From IMG/VR virus record IMGVR_UViG_3300043313_001040, positions 1 to 64,000 of that record: a stretch of 64,000 bases of DNA; one strand, 5' to 3'. The notes under the pieces were generated by a model that ran no database searches, had not been told where the DNA came from, and saw only the letters and a program-made list of their open reading frames with translations. Of this stretch, positions 9,335-18,290 are shown piece after piece (positions within the stretch are counted from its first letter, which is position 1; each line of letters opens with the position of its first letter). A program made the position numbers and the translations under genes. The stretch comes from a virus.

Positions 9335-9820
9335 TTATTTGTGCTTAGGAAGGAATCGGCCATCAGGCCCATGACCTTCACGTGGGCGCTTCTTGTAGCG
9401 TTCTGGGTGCTTAGCGTTATAACGCTGGTTGTATTCACGCCTCTTTTCAGGATGTGCGCGCATGAACGCTTTGTGGCGTTCAGCACGTATGGCTCGTTGT
9501 TCAGGGCTCATGTTGGCATAGATACGCCTTGCACGAACCCTGTTGGCTTCAGCCAGCTTATCCTTATTGGCATAGTAATAATCTAATGCCTTCTTCTTAC
9601 GCAGGGCATGACGCTCTGCTATCTTCTCTGGTGTGAGCACTGGCTTTGGCTTGGGTGCTGGTGGTAGCTTGGGTTCAAATGGTTTGAACTCAGGCCATGC
9701 ACCATCACGCTGAATCATCTCCTCGTAGACAGGCCCACGTGCACGCTTACGCATGCTCTTACGCAGCCTGTGGCCTTGCTTGGGTGGCTCATGCCACTCA
9801 TCCAGTGTGTATTCTTTCAT
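9335..9820 (-). CDS. basic helical putative DNA-binding protein
   Basis: K/R-rich; YYYANKDKL...HPEKRREYN repeats; C-terminal GPDGRF. Confidence 0.65.
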   Translation of the reverse strand: MKEYTLDEWHEPPKQGHRLRKSMRKRARGPVYEEMIQRDGAWPEFKPFEPKLPPAPKPKPVLTPEKIAERHALRKKKALDYYYANKDKLAEANRVRARRIYANMSPEQRAIRAERHKAFMRAHPEKRREYNQRYNAKHPERYKKRPREGHGPDGRFLPKHK

Positions 9821-9840
9821 AAGTATAACAACCGCCGCGG

Positions 9841-9890
9841 TTTACAAGGAATCTATTCCCGGCTCAGACCCCAGCAGGTCGGCCCCCGTG
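9841..9890 (+). other. candidate cos/packaging-end site
   Basis: intergenic TTTACAAGGAATCTATTCCCGG...GACC-N6-GGTC at a sharp compositional break; loose resemblance to lambda cosQ-cosN. Confidence 0.3.
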
Positions 9891-9925
9891 CTTAGTGCCG
9901 GAGTTTGAAATCCCAAAAATGGGAC

Positions 9926-10231
9926 TCACGAATTACCATAACGTTCCACGAATACTAGAAGACTGGGCCGTTGGAGCGTTTCCAGCAGCTCCGGCGACCG
10001 GAGCGAAACATTGAGATCGGCCGGAACTTCCCCCAGGTCGCGAAGTGGTTTCACGGTCCCGTGCGGAGCGCCGGTATCCCAATGATCTTCCTCGTCGAGG
10101 TAGCGACACCCGAATTTATTCCTGACCCCGATGAAGACTCCTCCTCCTCGGTAAACGGCCAGGCTGAAGTTGCGGGCATCGACCACGTAGAGATGGCGCG
10201 GTTCGCAATCTGGAATTATGATGTGGCTCAT
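9926..10231 (-). CDS. conserved-type phage hypothetical protein
   Basis: ARNFSLAVY...FIGVRNKFG..YLDEEDHWDTGAPHGTVKP. Confidence 0.7.
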   Translation of the reverse strand: MSHIIIPDCEPRHLYVVDARNFSLAVYRGGGVFIGVRNKFGCRYLDEEDHWDTGAPHGTVKPLRDLGEVPADLNVSLRSPELLETLQRPSLLVFVERYGNS

Positions 10232-10416
10232 ATTCCCATCACCTCCTTCAGCAGATTGTCGATCAACGGCGAAGTCCCCGGAACGTAGTGTGCGCTGTCG
10301 CAGATGCTGTCGGCCAGGCCCATCAGCTCGGAGACTGCCCGCTCCCGCGTGATGAACCCCATGGCCAGCATATTTTTGATGACTGCGATGCAGCCAGCGA
10401 TTTGTTCAGGTGTCAT
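10228..10416 (-). CDS. hypothetical protein
   Basis: GGAGG SD. Confidence 0.6.
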   Translation of the reverse strand: MTPEQIAGCIAVIKNMLAMGFITRERAVSELMGLADSICDSAHYVPGTSPLIDNLLKEVMGI

Positions 10417-10417
10417 T

Positions 10418-10642
10418 TTAATTTCCTCCTTCCGGCGAATGAACGCCTTTGTTGTCTTTCTCGATCTGGTCGGCCATAGATCGCAGCATTCTGGGTAGAT
10501 CTTTGACGACCTCGATTGGTGCCTGCACTGAGAAGCCGAACCCCTCAGTTCCGCCCCACACCATTACGGCCGCGCCAAACGCTTTCGTCTGTTCGCGGAC
10601 GTAGGTGCAGAGCCCGTCGTATTTGCCAGGGCCAGCAGCCAT
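10418..10642 (-). CDS. hypothetical protein
   Basis: GPGKYD..CT.VRE motif; coupled start. Confidence 0.65.
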   Translation of the reverse strand: MAAGPGKYDGLCTYVREQTKAFGAAVMVWGGTEGFGFSVQAPIEVVKDLPRMLRSMADQIEKDNKGVHSPEGGN

Positions 10643-10821
10643 TACTCGCCCTCCTTTTTTGCAGCGTGCTGCAAACTATCGTCGTTACCGTCGACTATTG
10701 TTATGGCCTCCAAAAGGGCCTTGAATTTTTCCTCCAGCTCATGAACCCGCTTGTTCAGGTCGAACAATGCGATGAGTGCTATGATGACGAAGGCCAGGAG
10801 CAAGATGACGAGGGCGTCCAT
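10642..10821 (-). CDS. 59-aa N-terminal TM protein (not in ORF track)
   Basis: MDALVILLLAFVIIALIALFDLNKRVHELE...LQHAAKKEGE*. Confidence 0.6.
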   Translation of the reverse strand: MDALVILLLAFVIIALIALFDLNKRVHELEEKFKALLEAITIVDGNDDSLQHAAKKEGE

Positions 10822-10822
10822 G

Positions 10823-11092
10823 TTATGGCTTCCTCCCTGTGATCTTGTCGACAGCCTCCTCGGCGGTCATCTTGGCTTCCATCGTCTCGGCGACCACGAG
10901 GTCCTCCGGGTTGTCGGTAAACGGCAGCGCCCGGATTCTACCGAGCGGGTAGCCGAGCATTTCAGAGCAGATCGTTGCGGCGGCCCGCGCCAGTTGCTCC
11001 TCAGTGTAAGTGTTTGGGTCCGGCCGGTCGCCGTTACTCATCCACCCTTTTTCCTGGGTATCCCAGAGACCGTAGGTTATTGGTTTTTCCAC
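10823..11092 (-). CDS. hypothetical protein
   Basis: 89-aa ORF in packed operon. Confidence 0.65.
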   Translation of the reverse strand: MEKPITYGLWDTQEKGWMSNGDRPDPNTYTEEQLARAAATICSEMLGYPLGRIRALPFTDNPEDLVVAETMEAKMTAEEAVDKITGRKP

Positions 11093-11721
11093 TCTTCTCC
11101 CTCCTCTCCTTTGAGTTCGTATTCCCGCATCTTGGCTGCGAGCATGAGCCCGACCCGCATGGGCTCGAAGAACTGACCCCCGAAGTCCATAGCTTTTGAG
11201 GCTCTCCAGTTGCTAAGCACCTGCGGCTTGCCTTCTTCCCGCTTGATGTCGGCCAACACCATCACCGAGCCGTCGTCTGGCCCGCCATGCTGGCAGGACA
11301 TGATCGAGACTTTTTCGACTCGGTTGGGATCTTGCGATGGCATGACATGAGGCCCGTCCGGGTCGACAGGTTTACTCATCCAGACTGAACTCAACAAGGC
11401 AACGGATGTTGCCCGCGTTACGACGCATAATCTGAAGATGAGATTCGCGATGTGCGGTTTTGTCTCCGGGTTCATGTCGGCGATCCCGATAACCAGGAGC
11501 CCTTTTCCTGGGCCTGTGCCCTTTTTCAAGAGTGGCGCACTGGCACCTGGGATATAATCTGCGATATTGTCGGGGATTGTTCCCTCGACGAACAGGCACG
11601 GCATGAGGTCGTCATTCCAGGCAATGCTTTTGACGTTATCCTCGGCTCCCTCTTTGATCATCTCCAGGAACGGCGACCACCGGTCCGGCACTTCGAACGC
11701 TTCTTCTAATTCATTTTTCAT
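11077..11721 (-). CDS. hypothetical protein
   Basis: 214-aa ORF; (CAA)n plus AGAAGT leader; PSQDPNRVE motif. Confidence 0.75.
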   Translation of the reverse strand: MKNELEEAFEVPDRWSPFLEMIKEGAEDNVKSIAWNDDLMPCLFVEGTIPDNIADYIPGASAPLLKKGTGPGKGLLVIGIADMNPETKPHIANLIFRLCVVTRATSVALLSSVWMSKPVDPDGPHVMPSQDPNRVEKVSIMSCQHGGPDDGSVMVLADIKREEGKPQVLSNWRASKAMDFGGQFFEPMRVGLMLAAKMREYELKGEEGEEWKNQ

Positions 11722-11869
11722 ACTTCTGCTTTCTAGTTGTTGTTGTTATTTATTGCTTCTACGATCAGGTATAGCAGTTGCCAAAATCCGATCAGTTTTA
11801 TTGCCCACCAAATAATTGTGGTAATGATGAGGGCTTTGGTGATGTCCCAGCACCATTCTTTGACTGCTC

Positions 11870-12208
11870 TCACAGCTCCTCGACTTTCATGTTAGTCGTG
11901 AAGACTGGCACTTTGTCGCCGTCCCAGAGGACGAAGTAGCCGTAGATGGCCACCCGTTCGTCCACAATGAGCGGCTCCAGGTTTGGCTGAGCGATAGAGC
12001 CCAGCACCTTGCCTTCGCGCCCGTTGGGGGTTCGGTCGCCCTCTTCGCTGTTGACCTTCCTGACGCGCCTGCCGGTGATGATGGCACCGCGCTCCTGACG
12101 GCCTATGATGGCCTTGATAAAACGCTCGGCGCTATCGCCAACGTCACCAACGATGCCTCCTCCTGGCGCTGGATCGCCAGGCTCCAGGTCAGTTTTGAAC
12201 TCTTCCAC
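11870..12208 (-). CDS. hypothetical protein (SH3-like beta fold possible)
   Basis: AAGGAGG SD; GRRVRK..EEGD..P.G.EG.V. Confidence 0.65.
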   Translation of the reverse strand: MEEFKTDLEPGDPAPGGGIVGDVGDSAERFIKAIIGRQERGAIITGRRVRKVNSEEGDRTPNGREGKVLGSIAQPNLEPLIVDERVAIYGYFVLWDGDKVPVFTTNMKVEEL

Positions 12209-12740
12209 CTGGCCCTCCTTCCTTGTCGCGGGCTATTCCTCGGCTGAGCATGATCTTGGCGAGGTCGTCCAAGGTCAGGCCCGTGTATTTCATGACCTCT
12301 TCGACATCGGCCCCGGCAATTCTCAGCTCAATTTTTTGAGCGTCACCAAGCCTTATGCCATCGCTCATGATCGAGTTTGGCAGGCAGACGAAGCAGAGGA
12401 ATACAACGCTTCCACCTTCTTGCTCGGCAGTAGCAGCCGCATCGGCCTTGGTGCCGTAAGACACCCAGACTTTCCTGCTGCATTTATCGCATTCCTCCTG
12501 GGTCGACTCGACTTCCGGATACTCGCCTTCCCTGACGATGTTGCAGACCACAATGCTGTCGATTCCACGGTAACCGCCGTTGTGGCGGCATTCCTCCTCG
12601 ACCAATTTGGTCGCTGTCGGATCGCCCATCTCCGACAGGCAATAGACGCACGTGCCACATTCCAGGCACGGGATATGATCTAAGTCCCGTTCCCTGTGGC
12701 AGATATTACATGTTGCCTTCTCCTGTTTCGCTTCTTCCAT
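12189..12740 (-). CDS. multi-CxxC Zn-finger protein
   Basis: CNIC, CLEC, CVYC, CDKC, CFVC. Confidence 0.7.
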   Translation of the reverse strand: MEEAKQEKATCNICHRERDLDHIPCLECGTCVYCLSEMGDPTATKLVEEECRHNGGYRGIDSIVVCNIVREGEYPEVESTQEECDKCSRKVWVSYGTKADAAATAEQEGGSVVFLCFVCLPNSIMSDGIRLGDAQKIELRIAGADVEEVMKYTGLTLDDLAKIMLSRGIARDKEGGPGGRVQN

Positions 12741-12767
12741 AACTTCTCCTCCTTGTGTTGTTGTTTA

Positions 12768-13043
12768 TCATCTGATCCGTTCTACCTCGTCGATTTCGTC
12801 CGGGGTCCAGTTTGAGGGAACTGGCATCCGACCGGACCCAATTTCCACCTGAACAATGCGGATCATCCCGACCAGGTTTTGACATTCCTGTTCGTCATCC
12901 CAATGAGCCAGGTCCTTTTGATCCGCTGCGCGGTTCCTGATGATCCGCATGGCCAGCTCCATCCCGAGGATTAACGAGTGCTTGTCCACGTAATCAAAGG
13001 GATGATCCGTCTCGCAGTCCGGGCAGTCGCACAGACCTCTCAT
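12768..13043 (-). CDS. hypothetical protein (start trimmed)
   Basis: AGGAGG SD before MRGLCDCPDC. Confidence 0.6.
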   Translation of the reverse strand: MRGLCDCPDCETDHPFDYVDKHSLILGMELAMRIIRNRAADQKDLAHWDDEQECQNLVGMIRIVQVEIGSGRMPVPSNWTPDEIDEVERIR

Positions 13044-13531
13044 TCTTCCTCCTTCCTGCTGTTCCTGATGGCCGCTAACTTCAGGTCGTGCAGTGCCGGT
13101 AGGAACTGCGCCATGACGAGGTGGCAATCGCATCCTTCTGACCCACACGGCACTGGCTGGCTGGCCAGGATTTGCTCCCAGGTAGCTTTGTCGATGTTCT
13201 CCGAGAACGTGCCCATGAAGGACGCGATCATCGGGATCTTGTGATCTACCGGAATGCTGGGGTTGTTTAGCATTCCAGCCGCGTCACGCGCCACGTCGAT
13301 CACGTTGACACCCTCCAGCGTCTTGCCGGTGGCAGTCTTCACGCCTTTGAGGAGCGCCTTAATGATTTCTGGATGCTCGGTCTCGTCGTCATCGGGGTCG
13401 TGGATTTGTCCACAGCCGGGGCAGACCTCTGGTTCACCGTTATTGCCAGGTTCCCCGGCTCGAATACCTCTTATTTCTTTGAGGAACTCGTCGAAGTCGA
13501 TCCTCTCAGGTTTTTCTTCAGGCGCTTCCAT
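13040..13531 (-). CDS. hypothetical Cys-containing protein
   Basis: CPGCGQIH; C-terminal CGSEGCDCH. Confidence 0.7.
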   Translation of the reverse strand: MEAPEEKPERIDFDEFLKEIRGIRAGEPGNNGEPEVCPGCGQIHDPDDDETEHPEIIKALLKGVKTATGKTLEGVNVIDVARDAAGMLNNPSIPVDHKIPMIASFMGTFSENIDKATWEQILASQPVPCGSEGCDCHLVMAQFLPALHDLKLAAIRNSRKEEE

Positions 13532-13872
13532 TATTTGATGCCTCCTTCCTCATCAGAAACGAGCGGCTTGTCGGCCATCTGCCGGGCCCACTCGCGTTTA
13601 ATGAGGAAAAACCGCACCGGGCGCGGATCTTCCCCTTCCTGCCAGGACCGGTAGACCCGGCCGTAGTCGAATTCGTTGTCGCAGACGAGTGCGGCCTCGA
13701 ATCCTCCGTTATCGACCACGCTGACGAGCACCAATCCTTCAGGGATTAGCTCAAACATCGGTGGTTCGTGCAGCTCCTCGTCGCAAAGTGCGATCAGGAA
13801 CGACGATTTTTCGTTTTCCAACGGTTCGCCGTTGGGCTTCTTCTTCAAGTAGACGCTATCAGACTTCTTCAT
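13531..13872 (-). CDS. hypothetical protein
   Basis: VVDNGGFEAA motif; SD present. Confidence 0.7.
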   Translation of the reverse strand: MKKSDSVYLKKKPNGEPLENEKSSFLIALCDEELHEPPMFELIPEGLVLVSVVDNGGFEAALVCDNEFDYGRVYRSWQEGEDPRPVRFFLIKREWARQMADKPLVSDEEGGIK

Positions 13873-14143
13873 TTTGTTTTTCTCCTTCTTTGCTGTCCGT
13901 TCGGCCAGCTATTGCAATGTCGCGCTCGATAAACGCTTTTTGACGAGCTTCCTCGGCGCTTTTCCCCGCCCCGAATCCTGATGGACCAAGGGTTTCTTTT
14001 ATCAACGAATCGAGGACGTGGTGAAAAGCGACTGCTACTTCGTTTTCCACTTTATCCTCGGATTTTGGTGACCATTCTACTTCCAATCGGAACTTAGAGT
14101 CCTTCTCATCACCATTGATGAATCTTATTGTTACGCTTCTCAC
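13859..14143 (-). CDS. hypothetical protein (GTG start)
   Basis: AGGAGGAGAAGTG leader overlapping the upstream stop. Confidence 0.6.
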   Translation of the reverse strand: MRSVTIRFINGDEKDSKFRLEVEWSPKSEDKVENEVAVAFHHVLDSLIKETLGPSGFGAGKSAEEARQKAFIERDIAIAGRTDSKEGEKQNEEV

Positions 14144-14361
14144 TTCTCCTCCTTTGCTATTGCCACGACAGCGACGGGAGATTCGCATTCGTGACACTCG
14201 ATATGGAGCGTTCCGTCCTCATGGTAGAAGGCGTCGACTCCAGCACCAGGATGACATCTCTGGGCCATGGCTAATGGCCCTCCGGAGCACGTGCATCCGG
14301 GAGCCTGACATCCCTGTGTCATCATCTTATCCATATCAGTTCTTGTTAGGACTTTACTCAT
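14140..14361 (-). CDS. small Zn-ribbon protein
   Basis: CQAPGC...RCHP...ECHEC. Confidence 0.65.
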   Translation of the reverse strand: MSKVLTRTDMDKMMTQGCQAPGCTCSGGPLAMAQRCHPGAGVDAFYHEDGTLHIECHECESPVAVVAIAKEEK

Positions 14362-15008
14362 TGGTTTACTTCTCCTGTTGTTGTTGGTTGAAAGCCGCTG
14401 CCGGTGTCGACTTCGATTTTATCTACCGATGCTCCCATGAGAACCAGTTGATACGGCATACCGATTACGGTGTAACCTGCGTCCCGCAGGGCAACTCGGT
14501 GATCAAGGGTTCCTCTTTGACTGCCCTCTAGTTCGCCGCCGTTCTTCCAGTTGCCGAACTTATCGCAAGGGAAGATGTAAGTCTCGACTTCGAACGGATA
14601 TGAGTGTCGAAACAGAGCTTCACCTTCTTTATCGCCTTTCTCTTGCATGATTTTAACCATGCGCTGGCGCGATGCTTCCATGAATATCTTAAGGTCCGAT
14701 GCAGACACCAGGACGTAGGACGTGTAATGCGTCCTTTGTCGGTGTCTGTAGATCGGGTCCGGCTTATGGGTAAGCCAGTCGATTCCACTAATCTCGCGCC
14801 CGGTCTTGCGGTCAACCCGCATTCGGCGTAACCAGGCTCGATTTTTATCTTTTAGCAGCTTCCCGCGCCGGTAGGTTGCGCTTTCAGTCCACTCCATCGG
14901 TGGAGAGACTCTGAACACGTGTTGAATTACGTGCGGCCTTTCGTTCTCTCTGGGTGGATCATGTTTAATCTCTTTGATCCAGCGAGCTATTTTGTGTTGT
15001 TGTGACAT
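14358..15008 (-). CDS. hypothetical phage protein
   Basis: YVLVSA...ETYIFPCD...ELEGSQRG..DHRVALRDAGY. Confidence 0.7.
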   Translation of the reverse strand: MSQQHKIARWIKEIKHDPPRENERPHVIQHVFRVSPPMEWTESATYRRGKLLKDKNRAWLRRMRVDRKTGREISGIDWLTHKPDPIYRHRQRTHYTSYVLVSASDLKIFMEASRQRMVKIMQEKGDKEGEALFRHSYPFEVETYIFPCDKFGNWKNGGELEGSQRGTLDHRVALRDAGYTVIGMPYQLVLMGASVDKIEVDTGSGFQPTTTGEVNQ

Positions 15009-15019
15009 CCGCTCCTTTC

Positions 15020-15064
15020 AAAAGGGAAAAGGGCCGCCCAGGTTCGCTACGCCTGGACGGCCAC
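15020..15064 (-). terminator. intrinsic terminator inside the early arm
   Basis: minus strand GGCCGTCCAGG-loop-CCTGGGCGGCC followed by TTTTCCCTTTT. Confidence 0.7.
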
Positions 15065-15068
15065 CCTC

Positions 15069-15347
15069 CTATTTTTTCGACTTATCCGATTTCTCGGGTT
15101 TTTTTTCCGCTGCTACTGTTGCAGTAGCTGGCGCTTGCTCTCCGTGGAATAACGGGAGCCGCACACTGGCTGTAGCTACCCGCACGTCGTCGTAGTTGGC
15201 AATCTCGTATGTCGAGGTTATGCCGAACTCGATTTCTATGCTGGTTGGCTCGCCCACCCTGGCTTTACCGGCAAGCTCTTTATTAGCCGCTGATACGCCA
15301 TGGAGGACTTCTTCAACTACGCTGGCTATTACCTGGTGAATGTCCAA
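15069..15347 (-). CDS. hypothetical protein (Trypco-like beta pattern)
   Basis: IEIEFGI...ASVRLPL. Confidence 0.6.
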   Translation of the reverse strand: MDIHQVIASVVEEVLHGVSAANKELAGKARVGEPTSIEIEFGITSTYEIANYDDVRVATASVRLPLFHGEQAPATATVAAEKKPEKSDKSKK

Positions 15348-15580
15348 GTTTTATCTCCTTTCACCTTTTCGACGGCCGCCACGAAGGCGTCAGCCATTTG
15401 GCTTGGGACCACGATAGTATCGCGCTTCCCGCCGCAGGCTTCCGTGATCTTTATAAACGTGCCGTCGCTGTTCTTCTTGAGGTCAATGTAATAGACCTTC
15501 CTCTTTCTGCGGTTGAATAACCGCTCCGACCTGATGGTGAGAGTTCCGTCTCCCCATCGCTCACTTCTTGGCTGTGCCAT
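15329..15580 (-). CDS. PUR-alpha/DUF3276-like ssDNA/RNA-binding protein
   Basis: RKVYYIDLKKNSDGTFIKITE...GKRDTIVVP matches the bacterial PUR repeat pattern. Confidence 0.8.
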   Translation of the reverse strand: MAQPRSERWGDGTLTIRSERLFNRRKRKVYYIDLKKNSDGTFIKITEACGGKRDTIVVPSQMADAFVAAVEKVKGDKTWTFTR

Positions 15581-15587
15581 AGTGGTG

Positions 15588-15875
15588 TTATCCTTTCACG
15601 TGCTGCCGCAAATGGGCAAGTAGCGCCTTTCGCGCAAACCCGCTCGCGGCATTGTCGATGTATCCCGCAATCGGCCCCTCGCCGTTACGGTAATCCATTC
15701 TACTAATCTCGAACTTTCTCAACCGATAGGTGATCATGCCCGGACTGTAGTTGGTTTCGCTGATAATCGCTTTATTCGAACGACCCAGCATAGCCAGGAC
15801 CAAACATCGAAAGTCCTCGCTGTTGTTCACCGGGTCTACAGGACGCGGTGTTCGTTTCTGCTTCTTTTTTGGCAT
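15588..15875 (-). CDS. HTH-containing protein
   Basis: GRSNKAIISETNYSPGMITYRLRK. Confidence 0.6.
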   Translation of the reverse strand: MPKKKQKRTPRPVDPVNNSEDFRCLVLAMLGRSNKAIISETNYSPGMITYRLRKFEISRMDYRNGEGPIAGYIDNAASGFARKALLAHLRQHVKG

Positions 15876-16237
15876 TACATGCCCTTTCTGGCTGCGAAGA
15901 CCATCGCTACAGTAATGGCCTCCAGGTTACACCCGCACCCAGGACAGAAGCGGACTTGAGTATTTGCAGCGTGCTGCAAACTGGTCCGCTTGTTTGACCG
16001 CCTTTTCAGGCTGCCCCACGGTGCGCGTTTCTTCTTCGGCTCAGGAAGCACGTCGTTGGGTGCCGCATGTAGCTTGGCTCTCCTGGCGAGCAGAGACTTT
16101 TTCCTAGCCTCCGGACTGTTCATCCTTGCGGCCGCTTCTTTTGCCAGCTTCCGGCCACGGGCCGTGTGTTTCCGAAACACGTGGATCTGAAGACCCGCTG
16201 GACTTTTCGCTTCGTAATCGCATTGATTACACCTCAT
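15875..16237 (-). CDS. C2H2 Zn finger plus C-terminal Zn ribbon basic protein (start trimmed)
   Basis: CNQC...LQIHVFRKH; FCPGCG. Confidence 0.65.
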   Translation of the reverse strand: MRCNQCDYEAKSPAGLQIHVFRKHTARGRKLAKEAAARMNSPEARKKSLLARRAKLHAAPNDVLPEPKKKRAPWGSLKRRSNKRTSLQHAANTQVRFCPGCGCNLEAITVAMVFAARKGM

Positions 16238-16287
16238 ACTTATAACCCTTTCTAGTTGGTTGTTACTTCTGCACTTCTGCCTAACGA

Positions 16288-17190
16288 TCAATCCCAGGTC
16301 CGGAAACGCCGTGCTGCTCGCTTGGCGTCTTCCACCTGTCTCTGAGCCGGGCTGATCTGCATTTGAGTTTCCTCGTTATGCTTCACCCGATGCCAGCTCG
16401 TCAGGAAGATCGACCGGTGATGCCCACTGCGGTTATCGGTGATATAACCGCGAGCATAGATAATGCCCCCTGGCATACTTATGGCCGTCTTAGCGACGTG
16501 TGTTGAATCGCCGAGGCGCATTGCACGAATGCGACTCGACCTTTCGGTCGCGATCTTGTTCAGATTGGCCGCCATCTTCCGGGTTACTGGAAGAAAGAAC
16601 CATTCACCCTGGCGAGTGGCTCCCTTGGGCACCTCTCCGCGCAGGAGTTTGTGGGCCTCCTCTACGGACTTTGCCTGTTTCGGCAATGGCGCGATGAAGT
16701 GATGCGTCTCGTCCATCCCGATCAGGAAATGGTTGGTGCTCTTGTTGGGGACCGTCGCCGTGACGATGCCTTGGCACTTCCATTCGTATCTTGGAGGATC
16801 AGTATAGATCAGCTTATCGCGTTTTATCTCGACATCACGGACCTCCCAGGTGGTTTCCTTTGGCATTGCCATTGGAAAGTTACCTTTCAATCGAGCTTCG
16901 ATTGTTATCTGGTTAGGTCGTTTCTCATCGACGGTATTATACCGAACATTTCGAGTGATCGTCCTCGCCTTTTCGTTTACCGTTACGGCTGCCTGCCGCA
17001 ACTTGCGCGAGCCGAACACTTCGACTTTCGCCTGGCCGTGGTTGAGGGTCACGACGCCACGATCATGACCGTGTTTCTTTCGGTTCAGGATCGTGATGGC
17101 GAACACTTCTTTACCGGCCGGTGGCTTCCTGTATTCGGCTGTTCTGATGTCATAGCGACTAAGCGCTTTTGCTAAGTTTTTAACTACCAT
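16288..17190 (-). CDS. basic hypothetical phage protein (RQGE-motif family)
   Basis: RQGEWFFLP; H-containing C-terminus. Confidence 0.7.
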   Translation of the reverse strand: MVVKNLAKALSRYDIRTAEYRKPPAGKEVFAITILNRKKHGHDRGVVTLNHGQAKVEVFGSRKLRQAAVTVNEKARTITRNVRYNTVDEKRPNQITIEARLKGNFPMAMPKETTWEVRDVEIKRDKLIYTDPPRYEWKCQGIVTATVPNKSTNHFLIGMDETHHFIAPLPKQAKSVEEAHKLLRGEVPKGATRQGEWFFLPVTRKMAANLNKIATERSSRIRAMRLGDSTHVAKTAISMPGGIIYARGYITDNRSGHHRSIFLTSWHRVKHNEETQMQISPAQRQVEDAKRAARRFRTWD

Positions 17191-17224
17191 ACTATTACTT
17201 CTTCCTTTCGGTTTGTTGTTGTTA

Positions 17225-17875
17225 TTAGTTGACTGCTTTTGGATCTTCCCACGGCGCGTCGTCAGCGATCCAGGCTGACTTTTTTACTTCTTCCGTGGCG
17301 GGTTCTGGTTTGGGGATTCTGACGCCTTTTAACTCTTCCGGGCGCTCGTATTTTTTCCTGTTGGCCAGGAAGAGATACTCGGACCCAGGAGAGTTCATGT
17401 CCTGAAGGATGTCGACGACCATATCGCAGAGGGCCCTGAGCCCTTCTTCGCCTTCTTCTTCGGCTACGTTGACGTAAATATCCGGAGTGGACATTTCATC
17501 GAGATCGTGTTCCTCGCAGTGTTCCGGCCACTTAGCCTTCATCTTTTCCCTGAGATTGCGTCGCAGGCTGCTCTCTCGCAAGGTATTGCTACCAAGCTCG
17601 GCGACTGCGAATTCACGCAGCCCTTCCGCTCTCGATTGGTCGCTGTCCCAACCAAGAGAGTCATTCAAGTGAATGCCCAGGTTAATAAGCCAGGGCATCA
17701 CGCAATGTTTCGGCTGATCGTCTTTGCCCGGCAATCCCGTCGCCAGACTTACTGCTTGCTGGACGCAGAAGGTGTTGTTCTCCTTGCTGCCAGCGCCATG
17801 AACAAGCCCCTCCTTGTTATCTAACAAGCCGAGAAGCTTTAATACTACATCTTTGGTTATACTAAATAACCCCAT
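17225..17875 (-). CDS. hypothetical phage protein
   Basis: FCVQQAV...DDQPKHCV...LND; AGGAGGT SD with (CAA)n. Confidence 0.75.
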   Translation of the reverse strand: MGLFSITKDVVLKLLGLLDNKEGLVHGAGSKENNTFCVQQAVSLATGLPGKDDQPKHCVMPWLINLGIHLNDSLGWDSDQSRAEGLREFAVAELGSNTLRESSLRRNLREKMKAKWPEHCEEHDLDEMSTPDIYVNVAEEEGEEGLRALCDMVVDILQDMNSPGSEYLFLANRKKYERPEELKGVRIPKPEPATEEVKKSAWIADDAPWEDPKAVN

Positions 17876-17877
17876 TT

Positions 17878-18150
17878 TTACCTCCTATGTGTTGTTGTTG
17901 ATTGTCCTGAGGGAGACATTTCTGTAAGACTACCTTGAGCAGTCTCGAATTGAACGATGATTGGAATACCTTCCTCTTTGGCCATACAGGGTATTGCTAC
18001 CGGCATAGGCCCTTCGTTAGGCAGTTCAATCACCCTTTCCCACACAACCTTTCGGTTGTCTTCTCTGAGCATCCGAATCGTGATCGGATAGTCCTCCTTT
18101 GGCAGGTTATACTGATTCACTGTTAATCGAGGAAGCCGTCTCCAGCCCAC
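17878..18150 (-). CDS. hypothetical protein
   Basis: 90-aa ORF filling the gap. Confidence 0.5.
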   Translation of the reverse strand: MGWRRLPRLTVNQYNLPKEDYPITIRMLREDNRKVVWERVIELPNEGPMPVAIPCMAKEEGIPIIVQFETAQGSLTEMSPSGQSTTTHRR

Positions 18151-18290
18151 CGGCTGACTCTTTGCTTCTTCCTCGCCTCATACTCCTTGCGGAGTTTCCT
18201 CTCTTTCCACCAGTATCGGACCCTCGGAATGATGATTCCGCCCAGCAGAATCAAGAACACGATGATCGCTGCTGCCTGATACCGGTTCAT
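18123..18290 (-). CDS. small single-TM protein
   Basis: MNRYQAAAIIVFLILLGGIIIP plus basic tail. Confidence 0.6.
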   Translation of the reverse strand: MNRYQAAAIIVFLILLGGIIIPRVRYWWKERKLRKEYEARKKQRVSRWAGDGFLD

